The notes beneath the pieces are model-generated. The model was not told where the DNA came from. It worked only from the letters and a program-made list of their open reading frames with translations, and did not search any database. Of a stretch of 64,000 nucleotides of DNA, positions 13,589-27,828 are shown piece after piece. Position 1 is the first letter of the stretch, and each line of letters begins with the position of its first letter. Made by a program: the position numbers and the translations under genes. Source of the DNA: the human T2T-CHM13v2.0 reference genome, Homo sapiens; the NCBI RefSeq assembly GCF_009914755.1, contig NC_060948.1. The stretch is one strand, 5' to 3'.

Positions 13589-16500
13589 CCTGGAATAAAG
13601 TGGAATGCTACGGTCTCGAATGGAATAAAAATGTATGGAATGGAATGCAATGAAACGGAATCGAATGCCATAGAATGTAATGGAATGCAAAAAAATGGAA
13701 TCCAAAATCATTGACTGGAAAGGCTGGGTGTCGAAAGGAATTGACTCCAATGGAATGGAATCGAATGGAATGGAAGTGAATAGAATCGAACTAAATCGAA
13801 TGGAATGGAATTGATAGGAACGGAATGGAAAGGAATGCAATGATTTGGCATGGAATGGAATCGAATGGCATCGAATGGAATGGAATGGAATGCAATGGAA
13901 TGGAATGTATTAGAATGTAATGAACTTTAATGGAATGTACTCGAATGGATTCGACTGGAATGGAATGTTCTGGAACTGAATGGACTCCAATGGAGTGGAT
14001 TCAAAAGGAATGGAATCGTACGGAATGGAATCTAATGGAATGGAATTAAATGGAAATGAATCAAATTGAATAGCACGGAATTGAATTGAATGGAATCGAA
14101 TGCAATGGAATCAAATGAAACGGAAAGGAAAGGAATGGAATGGAATGGAATGGGCTGGAATGGAAAGGAATCGAAACGAATGGAATGGAATCGAACTGAA
14201 GAGACTGGAATGGAATGCACTGGAATGGAAGGGAGTGTAATGGAAGGTTCTCGAAAAAAATGGAATCGAATGGAATGGAATTGAATGGAACGGAATAGAG
14301 TCGAATGGAATTGAATGGAATGGAATGGACTAGAGTGAAATGGAATCGAACCACAAGGAATGGACAGGAATAGAATGGTCTCGAATTGAATGGAATCGTA
14401 TGGAATGGCATCAAACGGAATGGAATGGACAGCCACGGAATGGAATGCACTCGAATGCAATGGAGTCGAAACTAATGGACTGGAATAGAATGGACTCGAC
14501 TAGTACGGACTCCAATGGAATGGAATCGAATGGAAGGGAATCGATCGGAATGGACTCGAAGGGAAAAGACTGCAATGGAAAGGTCTCGAATGGAATGGAA
14601 ATTAATGGAATGGAATGGAATCGAATGAAATGGAGTCAAAAGGAATGGAATCGAATGGCAAGAAATCGAATGTAATGGAATCGCAAGGAATTGACGTGAA
14701 CGGAACGGAATGGAATGGAATCCAAAGGAATGGAATAGAATGGAATGGAATCGAATGGAAAGGACTCGAATGGAAATCACTCGAATAGAATGCAATTTAA
14801 TAAAATAGGATCAAATGTAATGGAATGGAATGGAAAGGAATGGAAACGAAAGGAATGGAGACAGATGGAATGGAATGGAACAGAGAGCAATGGTATAGAA
14901 TGGAATGGAATCATCTGGAATGGAATTGAATGGAATGGAATAATATGAAATGGAATGGAATGGAATGGAATGGAATGCCCTTGAATTAAATGGACTGGAA
15001 TGGAATGGACTCGAACAGAGTGGAATGGAAAGTGTTGAGATAGAATGGAATGGACTCCTTTGGAATGGTGTAGTATGCAATGCAATCGACTGGCAGGGAA
15101 TCAAAAGGAATGTAATCGAATGGATTGGACTGGAATGCAATGGACTCGAATAGATTGGAAACGGAATGCAAAGGAATGGAATGGAATAGTATGGAATGGA
15201 ATGGAAAGGAATGGAGTGGAATAGACTAGAGTGGAATGGAATGGACTGGAAAGCAATGGACTGGAATGGAACTTTCTTGAATGGACTGGAATCAAACGGA
15301 ATGGAATGCAATGCAATCAAAAGGCATGGAAAAAAATAGAATGAAAGAGAATCAAATGGAATTGAATCGAATGGAATCGAATGGATTGGAAAGGATTAGA
15401 ATGGAATGGAATGGAATTGACTCAAATGGAATGGACTAGAATGGAATGGATTCGAATGGAAGGCAAAGGAATGGAATCTATTGGAATGGACTGTAATGGA
15501 ATGGAATGGAAGGGATTGGAATGGACTCGAATGGAATGGACTGCAATAGAAAGGATTCGAATGGAATGAAAAAGAATTGAATGGAATAGAACAGAATGGA
15601 ATCAAATCGAATGAAATGGAATGGAATAGAAAGGAATGGAATGAAATGGAATGGAAAGGATTCGAATGGAATGCAATCGAATGGAATGGAATCGAACGGA
15701 ATGGAATAAAATGGAAGAAAACTGGCAAGAAATGGAATCGAAATGAACGGAGTGTTATGGAACGGACTCAAAAGGAATTGAATGTAATAGAATGGAGTGG
15801 AGTGGACTCGAATATAATGGACTGGAATGGAATGAAATCACATGGAATGGGAACGAATGGAATGGAATGGAAAGGAATGGAATCGAATGGAAAGGAATCG
15901 AATGGAAGGGAATGAAATTGAATCAACAGGAATGGAAGGGAATAGAATAGACGGTAATGGAATGGACTCGAATAGAATGGACACGAATGCTCAAATTGAA
16001 TGGACTCGAATGGAATGGAAACGAAAGGAATGTCATCGAATGGAATTGAATCGATTGGAATGAAATCGCATAGAATGGAGTGGAATCAAATGGAATTGAA
16101 TCGAAAGGAAAGGAAGCGAATGGACTGAAATGAAATGGAATGGAATTGAATGGAAAGTAATGCAATGGAATAGAATGGAACGAAATTTCACGGAATGGAA
16201 TCAAACTGAATGGAATCAAATCAATAGAATCAAATCAAATGGAATGGAAAGGAATTGAATGGAGTAGATTGGATTGGATGGGATTGGAATGAAATGTACT
16301 GGAAAGGACTCGAATTTCACAAAACGGAATGGAATGAATTGGAACGGAATGGACTCGAATGGAATGGAATGTCATGGAATGGCATCAAATGGAATGGCAT
16401 CAAATGGAATGGAATCGAATGCAATGGAATGCTATGGAATGGAATGGAATGCATTGGAATGGAATGTCCTCTAATGGAATGGATTCGAGTGGAATGGAAT

Positions 16501-17157
16501 CGAATATAATGGAGTCGAATGAAATGGAATTGAAAGGAATGGGATCGAATAAAATGGAATATACTGGAATGTAATGTAATGAACTCGAATGTAATTGACT
16601 GGAATGGAATGTACATGAATGGAATGTAATCGAATGGAAAGTAATCCAATGGAATAGAATCTAATGCAATAAAATCGACTCAGATAGAGTAGAATGTAAT
16701 GGAATGGAGTGCAGTGCAATGGAATGGAATGGAATGGAATGCAATGGAATGGAATGGAATGGAATGGAATGGAATGGAATGGAATGTGATGGGATGGAAT
16801 GGTATGGAATGGATAGTAATGGACTGGAGTGAAATGGACTGGAAAGGAATGGACTCAAATTGAAAGGGCTCGAAAGGAATGGAGTCAAATGGAATGGTCT
16901 GGAATGGAATGAACACGAATGTAATGCAATCCAATAGAATGGAATCGAATGGCATGGAATATAAAGAAATGGAATCGAAGAGAATGGAAACAAATGGAAT
17001 GGAATTGAATGGAATGGAATTGAATGGAATGGGAACGAATGGAGTGAAATTGTATGCAGTAGAAGGGAATAGAATGGAATGCAAGCGAAAGGAAAGGAAT
17101 GGATTGGAATGGAATGGAATTCATTGGAATGGAAGGGAATGTAGTGTAATGGACAGG
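13589..17157 (+). repeat. DYZ1 unit H4, 3569 bp
   Basis: GGCC 13587 to 17156. Confidence 0.9.
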
Positions 17158-20100
17158 CCTGGAATAAAGTGGAATGCTACGGTCTCGAATGGAATAAAAA
17201 TGTATGGAATGGAATGCAATGAAACGGAATCGACTGTCATAGAATGTAATGGAATGCAAAAAAATGGAATCCAAAATCATTGACTGGAAAGGCTGGGTGT
17301 CGAAAGGAATTGACTCCAATGGAATGGAATCGAATGGAATGGAAGTGAATAGAATCGAACTAAATCGAATGGAATGGAATTGATAGGAACGGAATGGAAA
17401 GGAATGCAATGATTTGGCATGGAATGGAATCGAATGGCATCGAATGGAATGGAATGGAATGCAATGGAATGGAATGTATTAGAATGTAATGAACTTTAAT
17501 GGAATGTACTCGAATGGATTCGACTGGAATGGAATGTTCTGGAAGTGAATGGACTCCAATGGAATGGATTCAAAAGGAATGGAATCGTACGGAATGGAAT
17601 CTAATGGAATGGAATTAAATGGAAATGAATCAAATTGAATAGCACGGAATTGAATTGAATGGAATGGAATGCAATGGAATCTAATGAAACGGAAAGGAAA
17701 GGAATGGAATGGAATGGAATGGGCTGGAATGGAAAGGAATCGAAACGAATGGAATGGAATCGAAGTGAAGAGACTGGAATGGAATGCACTGGAATGGAAG
17801 GGAGTGTAATGGAAGGTTCTCGAAAAAAATGGAATCGAATGGAATGGAATTGAATGGAACGGAATAGAGTCGAATGGAATTGAATGGAATGGAATGGACT
17901 AGAGTGAAATGGAATCGAACCACAAGGAATGGACAGGAATAGAATGGTCTCGAATTGAATGGAATCGTATGGAATGGCATCAAACGGAATGGAATGGACA
18001 GCCACGGAATGGAATGCACTCGAATGCAATGGAGTCGAAACTAATGGACTGGAATAGAATGGACTCGACTGGTACGGACTCCAATGGAATGGAATCGAAT
18101 GGAAGGGAATCGAACGGAATGGACTCGAAGGGAAAAGACTGCAATGGAAAGGTCTCGAATGGAATGGAAATTAATGGAATGGAATCGAATGAAATGGAGT
18201 CAAAAGGAATGGAATCGAATGGCAAGAAATCGAATGTAATGGAATCGCAAGGAATTGATGTGAACGGAACGGAATGGAATGGAATCCAAAGGAATGGAAT
18301 ACAATGGAATGGAATCGAATGGAAAGGACTCGAATGGAAATCACTCGAATAGAATGCAATTTAATAAAATAGGATCAAATGTAATGGAATGGAATGGAAA
18401 GGAATCGAAACGAAAGGAATGGAGACAGATGGAATGGAATGGAACAGAGAGCAATGGTATAGAATGGAATGGAATCATCTGGAATGGAATTGAATGGAAT
18501 GGAATAATATGAAATGGAATGGAATGGAATGGAATGGAATGCCCTTGAATTAAATGGACTGGACTCGAACAGAGTGGAATGGAAAGTGTTGAGATAGAAT
18601 GGAATGGACTCGTTTGGAATGGTGTAGTATGCAATGCAATCGACTGGCAGGGAATCAAAAGGAATGTAATGGAATGGATTGGACTGGAATGCAATGGACT
18701 CGAATAGATTGGAAACGGAATGCAAAGGAATGGAATGGAATAGTATGGAATGGAATGGAAAGGAATGGAGTGGAATAGACTAGAGTGGAATGGAATGGAC
18801 TGGAAAGCAATGGACTGGAATGGAACTTTCTTGAATGGACTGGAATCAAACGGAATGGAATGAAATGCAATCAAATGGCATGGAATAAAATAGAATGAAA
18901 GAGAATCAAATGGAATTGAATCGAATGGAATCGAATGGATTGGAAAGGAATAGAATGGAATGGAATGGAATTGACTCAAATGGAATGGACTAGAATGGAA
19001 TGGATTCGAATGGAAGGCAAAGGAATGGAATCTATTGGAATGGACTGTAATGGAATGGAATGGAAGGGATTGGAATGGACTCGAATGGAATGGACTGCAA
19101 TAGAAAGGATTCGAATGGAATGAAAAAGAATTGAATGGAATAGAACAGAATGGAATCAAATCGAATGAAATGGAATGGAATAGAAAGGAATGGAATGAAA
19201 TGGAATGGAAAGGATTCGAATGGAATGCAATCGAATGGAATGGAATCGAACGGAATGGAATAAAATGGAAGAAAACTGGCAAGAAATGGAATCGAAATGA
19301 ATGGAGTGTTATGGAACGGACTCAAAAGGAATTGAATGTAATAGAATGGAGTGGAGTGGACTCGAATATAATGGACTGGAATGGAATGAAATCACATGGA
19401 ATGGGAACGAATGGAATGGAATGGAAAGGAATGGAATCGAATGGAAAGGAATCGAATGGAAGGGAATGAAATTGAATCAACAGGAATGGAAGGGAATAGA
19501 ATAGATGGTAATGGAATGGACTCGAATAGAATGGACACGAATGCTCAAATTGAATGGACTCGAATGGAATGGAAACGAAAGGAATGTCATCGAATGGAAT
19601 TGAATCGATTGGAATGAAATCGCATAGAATGGAGTGGAATCAAATGGAATTGAATCGAAAGGAAAGGAAGCGAATGGACTGAAATGAAATGGAATGGAAT
19701 TGAATGGAAAGTAATGCAATGGAATAGAATGGAACGAAATTTCACGGAATGGAATCAAACTGAATGGAATCAAATCAATGGAATCTAATCAAATGGAATG
19801 GAAAGGAATTGAATGGAGTAGATTGGATTGGATGGGATTGGAATGAAATGTACTGGAAAGGACTCGAATTTCATGAAACGGAATGGAATGAATTGGAACG
19901 GAATGGACTCGAATGGAATGGAATTTCATGGAATGGCATCAAATGGAATGGCATCAAATGGAATGGAATCGAATGCAATGGAATGTTATGGAATGGAATG
20001 GAATGCATTGGAATGGAATGCCCTCTAATGGAATGGATTCGAGTGGAATGGAATCGAATATAATGGAGTCGAATGAAATGGAATTGAAAGGAATGGGATC

Positions 20101-20706
20101 GAATACAATGGAATATACTGGAATGTAATGTAATGAACTCGAATGTAATTGACTGGAATGGAATGTACATGAATGGAATGTAATCGAATGGAAAGTAATC
20201 CAAAGGAATAGAATCTAATGCAATAAAACCGACCCAGATAGAGTAGAATGTAATGGAATGGAGTGCAGTGCAATGGAATGGAATGGAATGGAATGCAATG
20301 GAATAGAATGGAATGGAATGGAATGGAATGGAATGGAATGGGATGGAATGGGATGGAATGGATAGTAATGGACTGGAGTGAAATGGACTGGAAAGGAATG
20401 GACTCAAACTGAAAGGGCTCGAAAGGAATGGAGTCAAATGGAATGGTCTGGAATGGAATGAACACGAATGTAATGCAATCCAATAGAATGGAATCGAATG
20501 GCATGGAATATAAAGAAATGGAAACGAAGAGACTGGAAACAAATGGAATGGAATTGAATGGAATGGAATTGAATGGAATGGGAACGAATGGAGTGAAATT
20601 GTATGCAGTAGAAGAGAATAGAATGGAATGCAAGTGAAAGGAAAGGAATGGATTGGAATGGAATGGAATTCATTGGAATGGAAGGGAATGTAGTGTAATG
20701 GACAGG
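17158..20706 (+). repeat. DYZ1 unit H5, 3549 bp
   Basis: GGCC 17156 to 20705; -5 near 18180, -10 near 18560, tract -5. Confidence 0.9.
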
Positions 20707-23700
20707 CCTGGAATAAAGTGGAATGCTACGGTCTCGAATGGAATAAAAATGTATGGAATGGAATGCAATGAAACGGAATCGAATGTCATAGAATGTAATG
20801 GAATGCAAAAAAATGGAATCCAAAATCATTGACTGGAAAGGCTGGGTGTCGAAAGGAATTGACTCCAATGGAATGGAATCGAATGGAATGGAAGTGAATA
20901 GAATCGAACTAAATCGAATGGAATGGAATTGATAGGAACGGAATGGAAAGGAATGCAATGATTTGGCATGGAATGGAATCGAATGGCATCGAATGGAATG
21001 GAATGGAATGCAATGGAATGGAATGTATTAGAATGTAATGAACTTTAATGGAATGTACTCGAATGGATTCGACTGTAATGGAATGTTCTGGAAGTGAATG
21101 GACTCCAATGGAATGGATTCAAAAGGAATGGAATCGTACGGAATGGAATCTAATGGAATGGAATTAAATGGAAATGAATCAAATTGAATAGCACGGAATT
21201 GAATTGAATGGAATGGAATGCAATGGAATCTAATGAAACGGAAAGGAAAGGAATGGAATGGAATGGAATGGGCTGGAAAGGAAAGGAATCGAAACGAATG
21301 GAATGGAATCGAACTGAAGAGACTGGAATGGAATGCACTGGAATGGAAGGGAGTGTAATGGAAGGTTCTCGAAAAAAATGGAATGGAATGGAATGGAATT
21401 GAATGGAACGGAATAGAGTCGAATGGAATTGAATGGAATGGAATGGACTAGAGTGAAATGGAATCGAACCACAAGGAATGGACAGGAATAGAATGGTCTC
21501 GAATTGAATGGAATGGTATGGAATGGCATCAAACGGAACGGAATGGACAGCCACGGAATGGAATGCACTCGAATGCAATGGAGTCGAAACTAATGGACTG
21601 GAATAGAATGGACTCGACTGGTACGGACTCCAATGGAATGGAATCGAATGGAAGGGAATCGAACGGAATGGACTCGAAGGGAAAAGACTGCAATGGAAAG
21701 GTCTCGAATGGAATGGAAATTAATGGAATGGAATGGAGTCGAATGAAATGGAGTCAAAAGGAATGGAATCGAATGGCAAGAAATCGAATGTAATGGAATC
21801 GCAAGGAATTGATGTGAACGGAACGGAATGGAATGGAATCCAAAGGAATGGAATAGAATGGAATGGAATCGAATGGAAAGGACTCGAATGGAAATCACTC
21901 GAATAGAATGCAATTTAATAAAATAGGATCAAATGTAATGGAATGGAATGGAAAGGAATCGAAACGAAAGGAATGGAGACAGATGGAATGGAATGGAACA
22001 GAGAGCAATGGTATAGAATGGAATGGAATCATCTGGAATGGAATTGAATGGAATGGAATAATATGAAATGGAATGGAATGGAATGGAATGGAATGCCCTT
22101 GAATTAAATGGACTGGAATGGAATGGACTCGAACAGAGTGGAATGGAAAGTGTTGAGATAGAATGTAATGGACTCCTTCGGAATGGTCTAGTATGCAATG
22201 CAATCGACTGGCAGGGAATCAAAAGGAATGTAATCGAATGGATTGGACTGGAATGCAGTGGACTCGAATAGATTGGAAAAGGAATGCAAAGGAATGGAAT
22301 GGAATAGTATGGAATGGAATGGAAAGGAATGGAGTGGAATAGACTAGAGTGGAATGGAATGGACTGGAAAGCAATGGACTGGAATGGAACTTTCTTGAAT
22401 GGACTGGAATCAAACGGAATGGAATGCAATGCAATCAAGTGGCATGGAATAAAATAGAATGAAAGAGAATCAAATTGAATTGAATCGAATGGAATCGAAT
22501 GGATTGGAAAGGAATAGAATGGAATGGAATGGAATTGACTCAAATGGAATGGACTAGAATGGAATGGATTCGAATGGAAGGCAAAGGAATGGAACCTATT
22601 GGAATGGACTGTAATGGAATGGAATGGAAGGGATTGGAATGGACTCGAATGGAATGGACTGCAATAGAAAGGATTCGAATGGAATGAAAAAGAATTGAAC
22701 GGAATAGAACAGAATGGAATCAAATCGAATGAAATGGAATGGAATAGAAAGGAATGGAATGAAATGGAATGGAAAGGATTCGAATGGAATGCAATCGAAT
22801 GGAATGGAATCGAACGGAATGGAATAAAATGGAAGAAAACTGGCAAGAAATGGAATCGAAATGAATGGAGTGTTATGGAACGGACTCAAAAGGAATTGAA
22901 TGTAATAGAATGGAGTGGAGTGGACTCGAATATAATGGACTGGAATGGAATGAAATCACATGGAATGGGAACGAATGGAATGGAATGGAAAGGAATGGAA
23001 TCGAATGGAAAGGAATCGAATGGAAGGGAATGAAATTGAATCAACAGGAATAGAAGGGAATAGAATAGACGGTAATGGAATGGACTCGAATAGAATGGAC
23101 ACGAATGCTCAAATTGAATGGACTCCAATGGAATGGAAACGAAAGGAATGTCATCGAATAGAATTGAATCAATTGGAATGAAATCGCAAGAATGGAGTGG
23201 AATCAAATGGAATTGAATCGAAAGGAAAGGAAGCGAATGGACTGAAATGAAATGGAATGGAATTGAATGGAAAGTAATGCAATGGAATAGAATGGAACGA
23301 AATTTCACGGAATGGAATCAAACTGAAAGGAATCAAATCAATGGAATCTAATCAAATGGAATGGAAAGGAATTGAATGGAGTAGATTGGATTGGATGGGA
23401 TTGGAGTGAAATGTACTGGAAAGGACTCGAATTTCATGAAACGGAATGGAATGAATTGGAACGGAATGGACTCGAATGGAATGGAATTTCATGGAATGGC
23501 ATCAAATGGAATGGCATCAAATGGAATGGAATCGAATGCAATGGAATGCTATGGAATGGAATGGAATGCATTGGAATGGAATGTCCTCTAATGGAATGGA
23601 TTCGAGTGGAATGGAATCGAATATAATGGAGTCGAATGAAATGGAATTGAAAGGAATGGGATCGAATACAATGGAATATGCTGGAATGTAATGTAATGAA

Positions 23701-24269
23701 CTCGAATGTAATTGACTGGAATGGAATGTACATGAATGGAATGTAATCGAATGGAAAGTAATCCAATGGAATAGAATCTAATGCAATAAAATCGACTCAG
23801 ATAGAGTAGAATGTAATGGAATGGAGTGCAGTACAATGGAATGGAATGGAATGCAATGGAATGGAATGGAATGGAATGGAATGGAATGGAATGGGATGGA
23901 ATGGGATGGAATGGTATGGAATGGATAGTAATGGACTGGAGTGAAATGGACTGGAAAGGAATGGACTCAAATTGAAAGGGCTCGAAAGGAATGGAGTCAA
24001 ATGGAATGGTCTGGAATGGAATGAACACGAATGTAATGCAATCCAATAGAATGGAATCGAATGGCATGGAATATAAAGAAATGGAATCGAAGAGAATGGA
24101 AACAAATGGAATGGAATTGAATGGAATGGAATTGAATGGAATGCGAACGAATGGAGTGAAATTGTATGCAGTAGAAGGGAATAGAATGGAATGCAAGCGA
24201 AAGGAAAGGAATGGATTGGAATGGAATGGAATTCATTGGAATGGAAGGGAATGTAGTGTAATGGACAGG
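20707..24269 (+). repeat. DYZ1 unit H6, 3563 bp
   Basis: GGCC 20705 to 24268; -1 near 23188, tract -5. Confidence 0.9.
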
Positions 24270-27200
24270 CCTGGAATAAAGTGGAATGCTACTGTCTCGA
24301 ATGGAATAAAAATGTATGGAATGGAATGCAATGAAACGGAATCGAATGTCATAGAATGTAATGGAATGCAAAAAAATGGAATCCAAAATCATTGACTGGA
24401 AAGGCTGGGTGTCGAAAGGAATTGACTCCAATGGAATGGAATCGAATGGAATGGAAGTGAATAGAATCGAACTAAATCGAATGGAATGGAATTGATAGGA
24501 ACGGAATGGAAAGGAATGCAATGATTTGGCATGGAATGGAATCGAATGGCATCGAATGGAATGGAATGGAATGCAATGGAATGGAATGTATTAGAATGTA
24601 ATGAACTTTAATGGAATGTACTCGAATGGATTCGACTGGAATGGAATGTTCTGGAAGTGAATGGACTCCAATGGAATGGATTCAAAAGGAATGGAATCGT
24701 ACGGAATGGAATCTAATGGAATGGAATTAAATGGAAATGAATCAAATTGAATAGCACGGAATTGAATTGAATGGAATGGAATGCAATGGAATCTAATGAA
24801 ACGGAAAGGAAAGGAATGGAATGGAATGGAATGGGCTGGAATGGAAAGGAATCGAAACGAATGGAATGGAATCGAACTGAAGAGACTGGAATGGAATGCA
24901 CTGGAATGGAAGGGAGTGTAATGGAAGGTTCTCGAAAAAAATGGAATCGAATGGAATGGAATTGAATGGAACGGAATAGAGTCGAATGGAATTGAATGGA
25001 ATGGAATGGACTAGAGTGAAATGGAATCGAACCACAAGGAATGGACAGGAATAGAATGGTCTCGAATTGAATGGAATCGTATGGAATGGCATCAAACGGA
25101 ATGGAATGGACAGCCACGGAATGGAATGCACTCGAATGCAATGGAGTCGAAACTAATGGACTGGAATAGAATGGACTCGACTGGTACGGACTCCAATGGA
25201 ATGGAATCGAATGGAAGGGAATCGAACGGAATGGACTCGAAGGGAAAAGACTGCAATGGAAAGGTCTCGAATGGAATGGAAATTAATGGAATGGAATGGA
25301 ATCGAATGAAATGGAGTCAAAAGGAATGGAATCGAATGGCAAGAAATCGAATGTAATGGAATCGCAAGGAATTGATGTGAACGGAACGGAATGGAATGGA
25401 ATCCAAAGGAATGGAATAGAATGGAATGGAATCGAATGGAAAGGACTCGAATGGAAATCACTCGAATAGAATGCAATTTAATAAAATAGGATCAAATGTA
25501 ATGGAATGGAATGGAAAGGAATCGAAACGAAAGGAATGGAGACAGATGGAATGGAATGGAACAGAGAGCAATGGTATAGAATGGAATGGAATCATCTGGA
25601 ATGGAATTGAATGGAATGGAATAATATGAAATGGAATGGAATGGAATGGAATGGAATGTACTTGAATTAAATGGACTGGAATGGAATGGACTCGAACAGA
25701 GTGGAATGGAAAGTGTTGAGATAGAATGCAATGGACTCCTTTGGAATGGTGTAGTATGCAATGCAATCGACTGGCAGGGAATCAAAAGGAATGTAATGGA
25801 ATGGATTGGACTGGAATGCAATGGACTCGAATAGATTGGAAACGGAATGCAAAGGAATGGAATGGAATAGTATGGAATGGAATGGAAAGGAATGGAGTGG
25901 AATAGACTAGAGTGGAATGGAATGGACTGGAAAGCAATGGACTGGAATGGAACTTTCTTGAATGGACTGGAATCAAACGGAATGGAATGCAATGCAATCA
26001 AATGGCATGGAATAAAATAGAATGAAAGAGAACCAAATGGAATTGAATCGAATGGAATCGAATGGATTGGAAAGGAATAGAATGGAATGGAATGGAATTG
26101 ACTCAAATGGAATGGACTAGAATGGAATGGATTCGAATGGAAGGCAAAGGAATGGAATCTATTGGAATGGACTGTAATGGAATGGAATGGAAGGGATTGG
26201 AATGGACTCGAATGGAATGGACTGCAATAGAAAGGATTCGAATGGAATGAAAAAGAATTGAATGGAATAGAACAGAATGGAATCAAATCGAATGAAATGG
26301 AATGGAATAGAAAGGAATGGAATGAAATGGAATGGAAAGGATTCGAATGGAATGCAATCGAATGGAATGGAATCGAACGGAATGGAATAAAATGGAAGAA
26401 AACTGGCAAGAAATGGAATCGAAATGAATGGAGTGTTATGGAACGGACTCAAAAGGAATTGAATGTAATAGAATGGAGTGGAGTGGACTCGAATATAATG
26501 GACTGGAATGGAATGAAATCACATGGAATGGGAACGAATGGAATGGAATGGAAAGGAATGGAATCGAATGGAAAGGAATCGAATGGAAGGGAATGAAATT
26601 GAATCAACAGGAATGGAAGGGAATAGAATAGACGGTAATGGAATGGACTCGAATAGAATGGACACGAATGCTCAAATCGAATGGACTCGAATGGAATGGA
26701 AACGAAAGGAATGTCATCGAATGGAATTGAATGGATTGGAATGAAATCGCATAGAATGGAGTGGAATCAAATGGAATTGAATCGAAAGGAAAGGAAGCGA
26801 ATGGACTGAAATGAAATGAAATGGAATTGAATGGAAAGTAATGCAATGGAATAGAATGGAACGAAATTTCACGGAATGGAATCAAACTGAATGGAATCAA
26901 ATCAATGGAATCAAATCAAATGGAATGGAAAGGAATTGAATGGAGTAGATTGGATTGGATGGGATTGGAATGAAATGTACTGGAAAGGACTCGAATTTCA
27001 TGAAACGGAATGGAATGAATTGGAACGGAATGGACTCGAATGGAATGGAATGTCATGGAATGGCATCAAATGGAATGGCATCAAATGGAATGGAATCGAA
27101 TGCAATGGAATGCTATGGAATGGAATGGAATGCATTGGAATGGAATGTCCTCTAATGGAATGGATTCGAGTGGAATGGAATCGAATATAATGGAGTCGAA

Positions 27201-27828
27201 TGAAATGGAATTGAAAGGAATGGGATCGAATACAATGGAATATACTGGAATGTAATGTAATGAACTCGAATGTAATTGACTGGAATGGAATGTACATGAA
27301 TGGAATGTAATCGATTGGAAAGTAATCCAATGGAATAGAATCTAATGCAATAAAATCGACTCAGATAGAGTAGAATGTAATGGAATGGAGTGCAGTGCAA
27401 TGGAATGGAATGGAATGGAATGCAATGGAATGGAATGGAATGGAATGGAATGGGATGGAATGGGATGGAATGGTATGGAATGGATAGTAATGGACTGGAG
27501 TGAAATGGACTGGAAAGGAATGGACTCAAATTGAAAGGGCTCGAAAGGAATGGAGTCAAATGGAATGGTCTGGAATGGAATGAACACGAATGTAATGCAA
27601 TCCAATAGAATGGAATCGAATGGCATGGAATATAAAGAAATGGAATCGAAGAGAATGGAAACAAATGGAATGGAATTGAATGGAATGGAATTGAATGGAA
27701 TGGGAACGAATGGAGTGAAATTGTATGCAGTAGAAGGGAATAGAATGGAATGCAAGCGAAAGGAAAGGAATGGATTGGAATGGAATGGAATTCATTGGAA
27801 TGGAAGGGAATGTCGTGCAATGGACAGG
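24270..27828 (+). repeat. DYZ1 unit H7, 3559 bp
   Basis: GGCC 24268 to 27827; tract -10. Confidence 0.9.
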
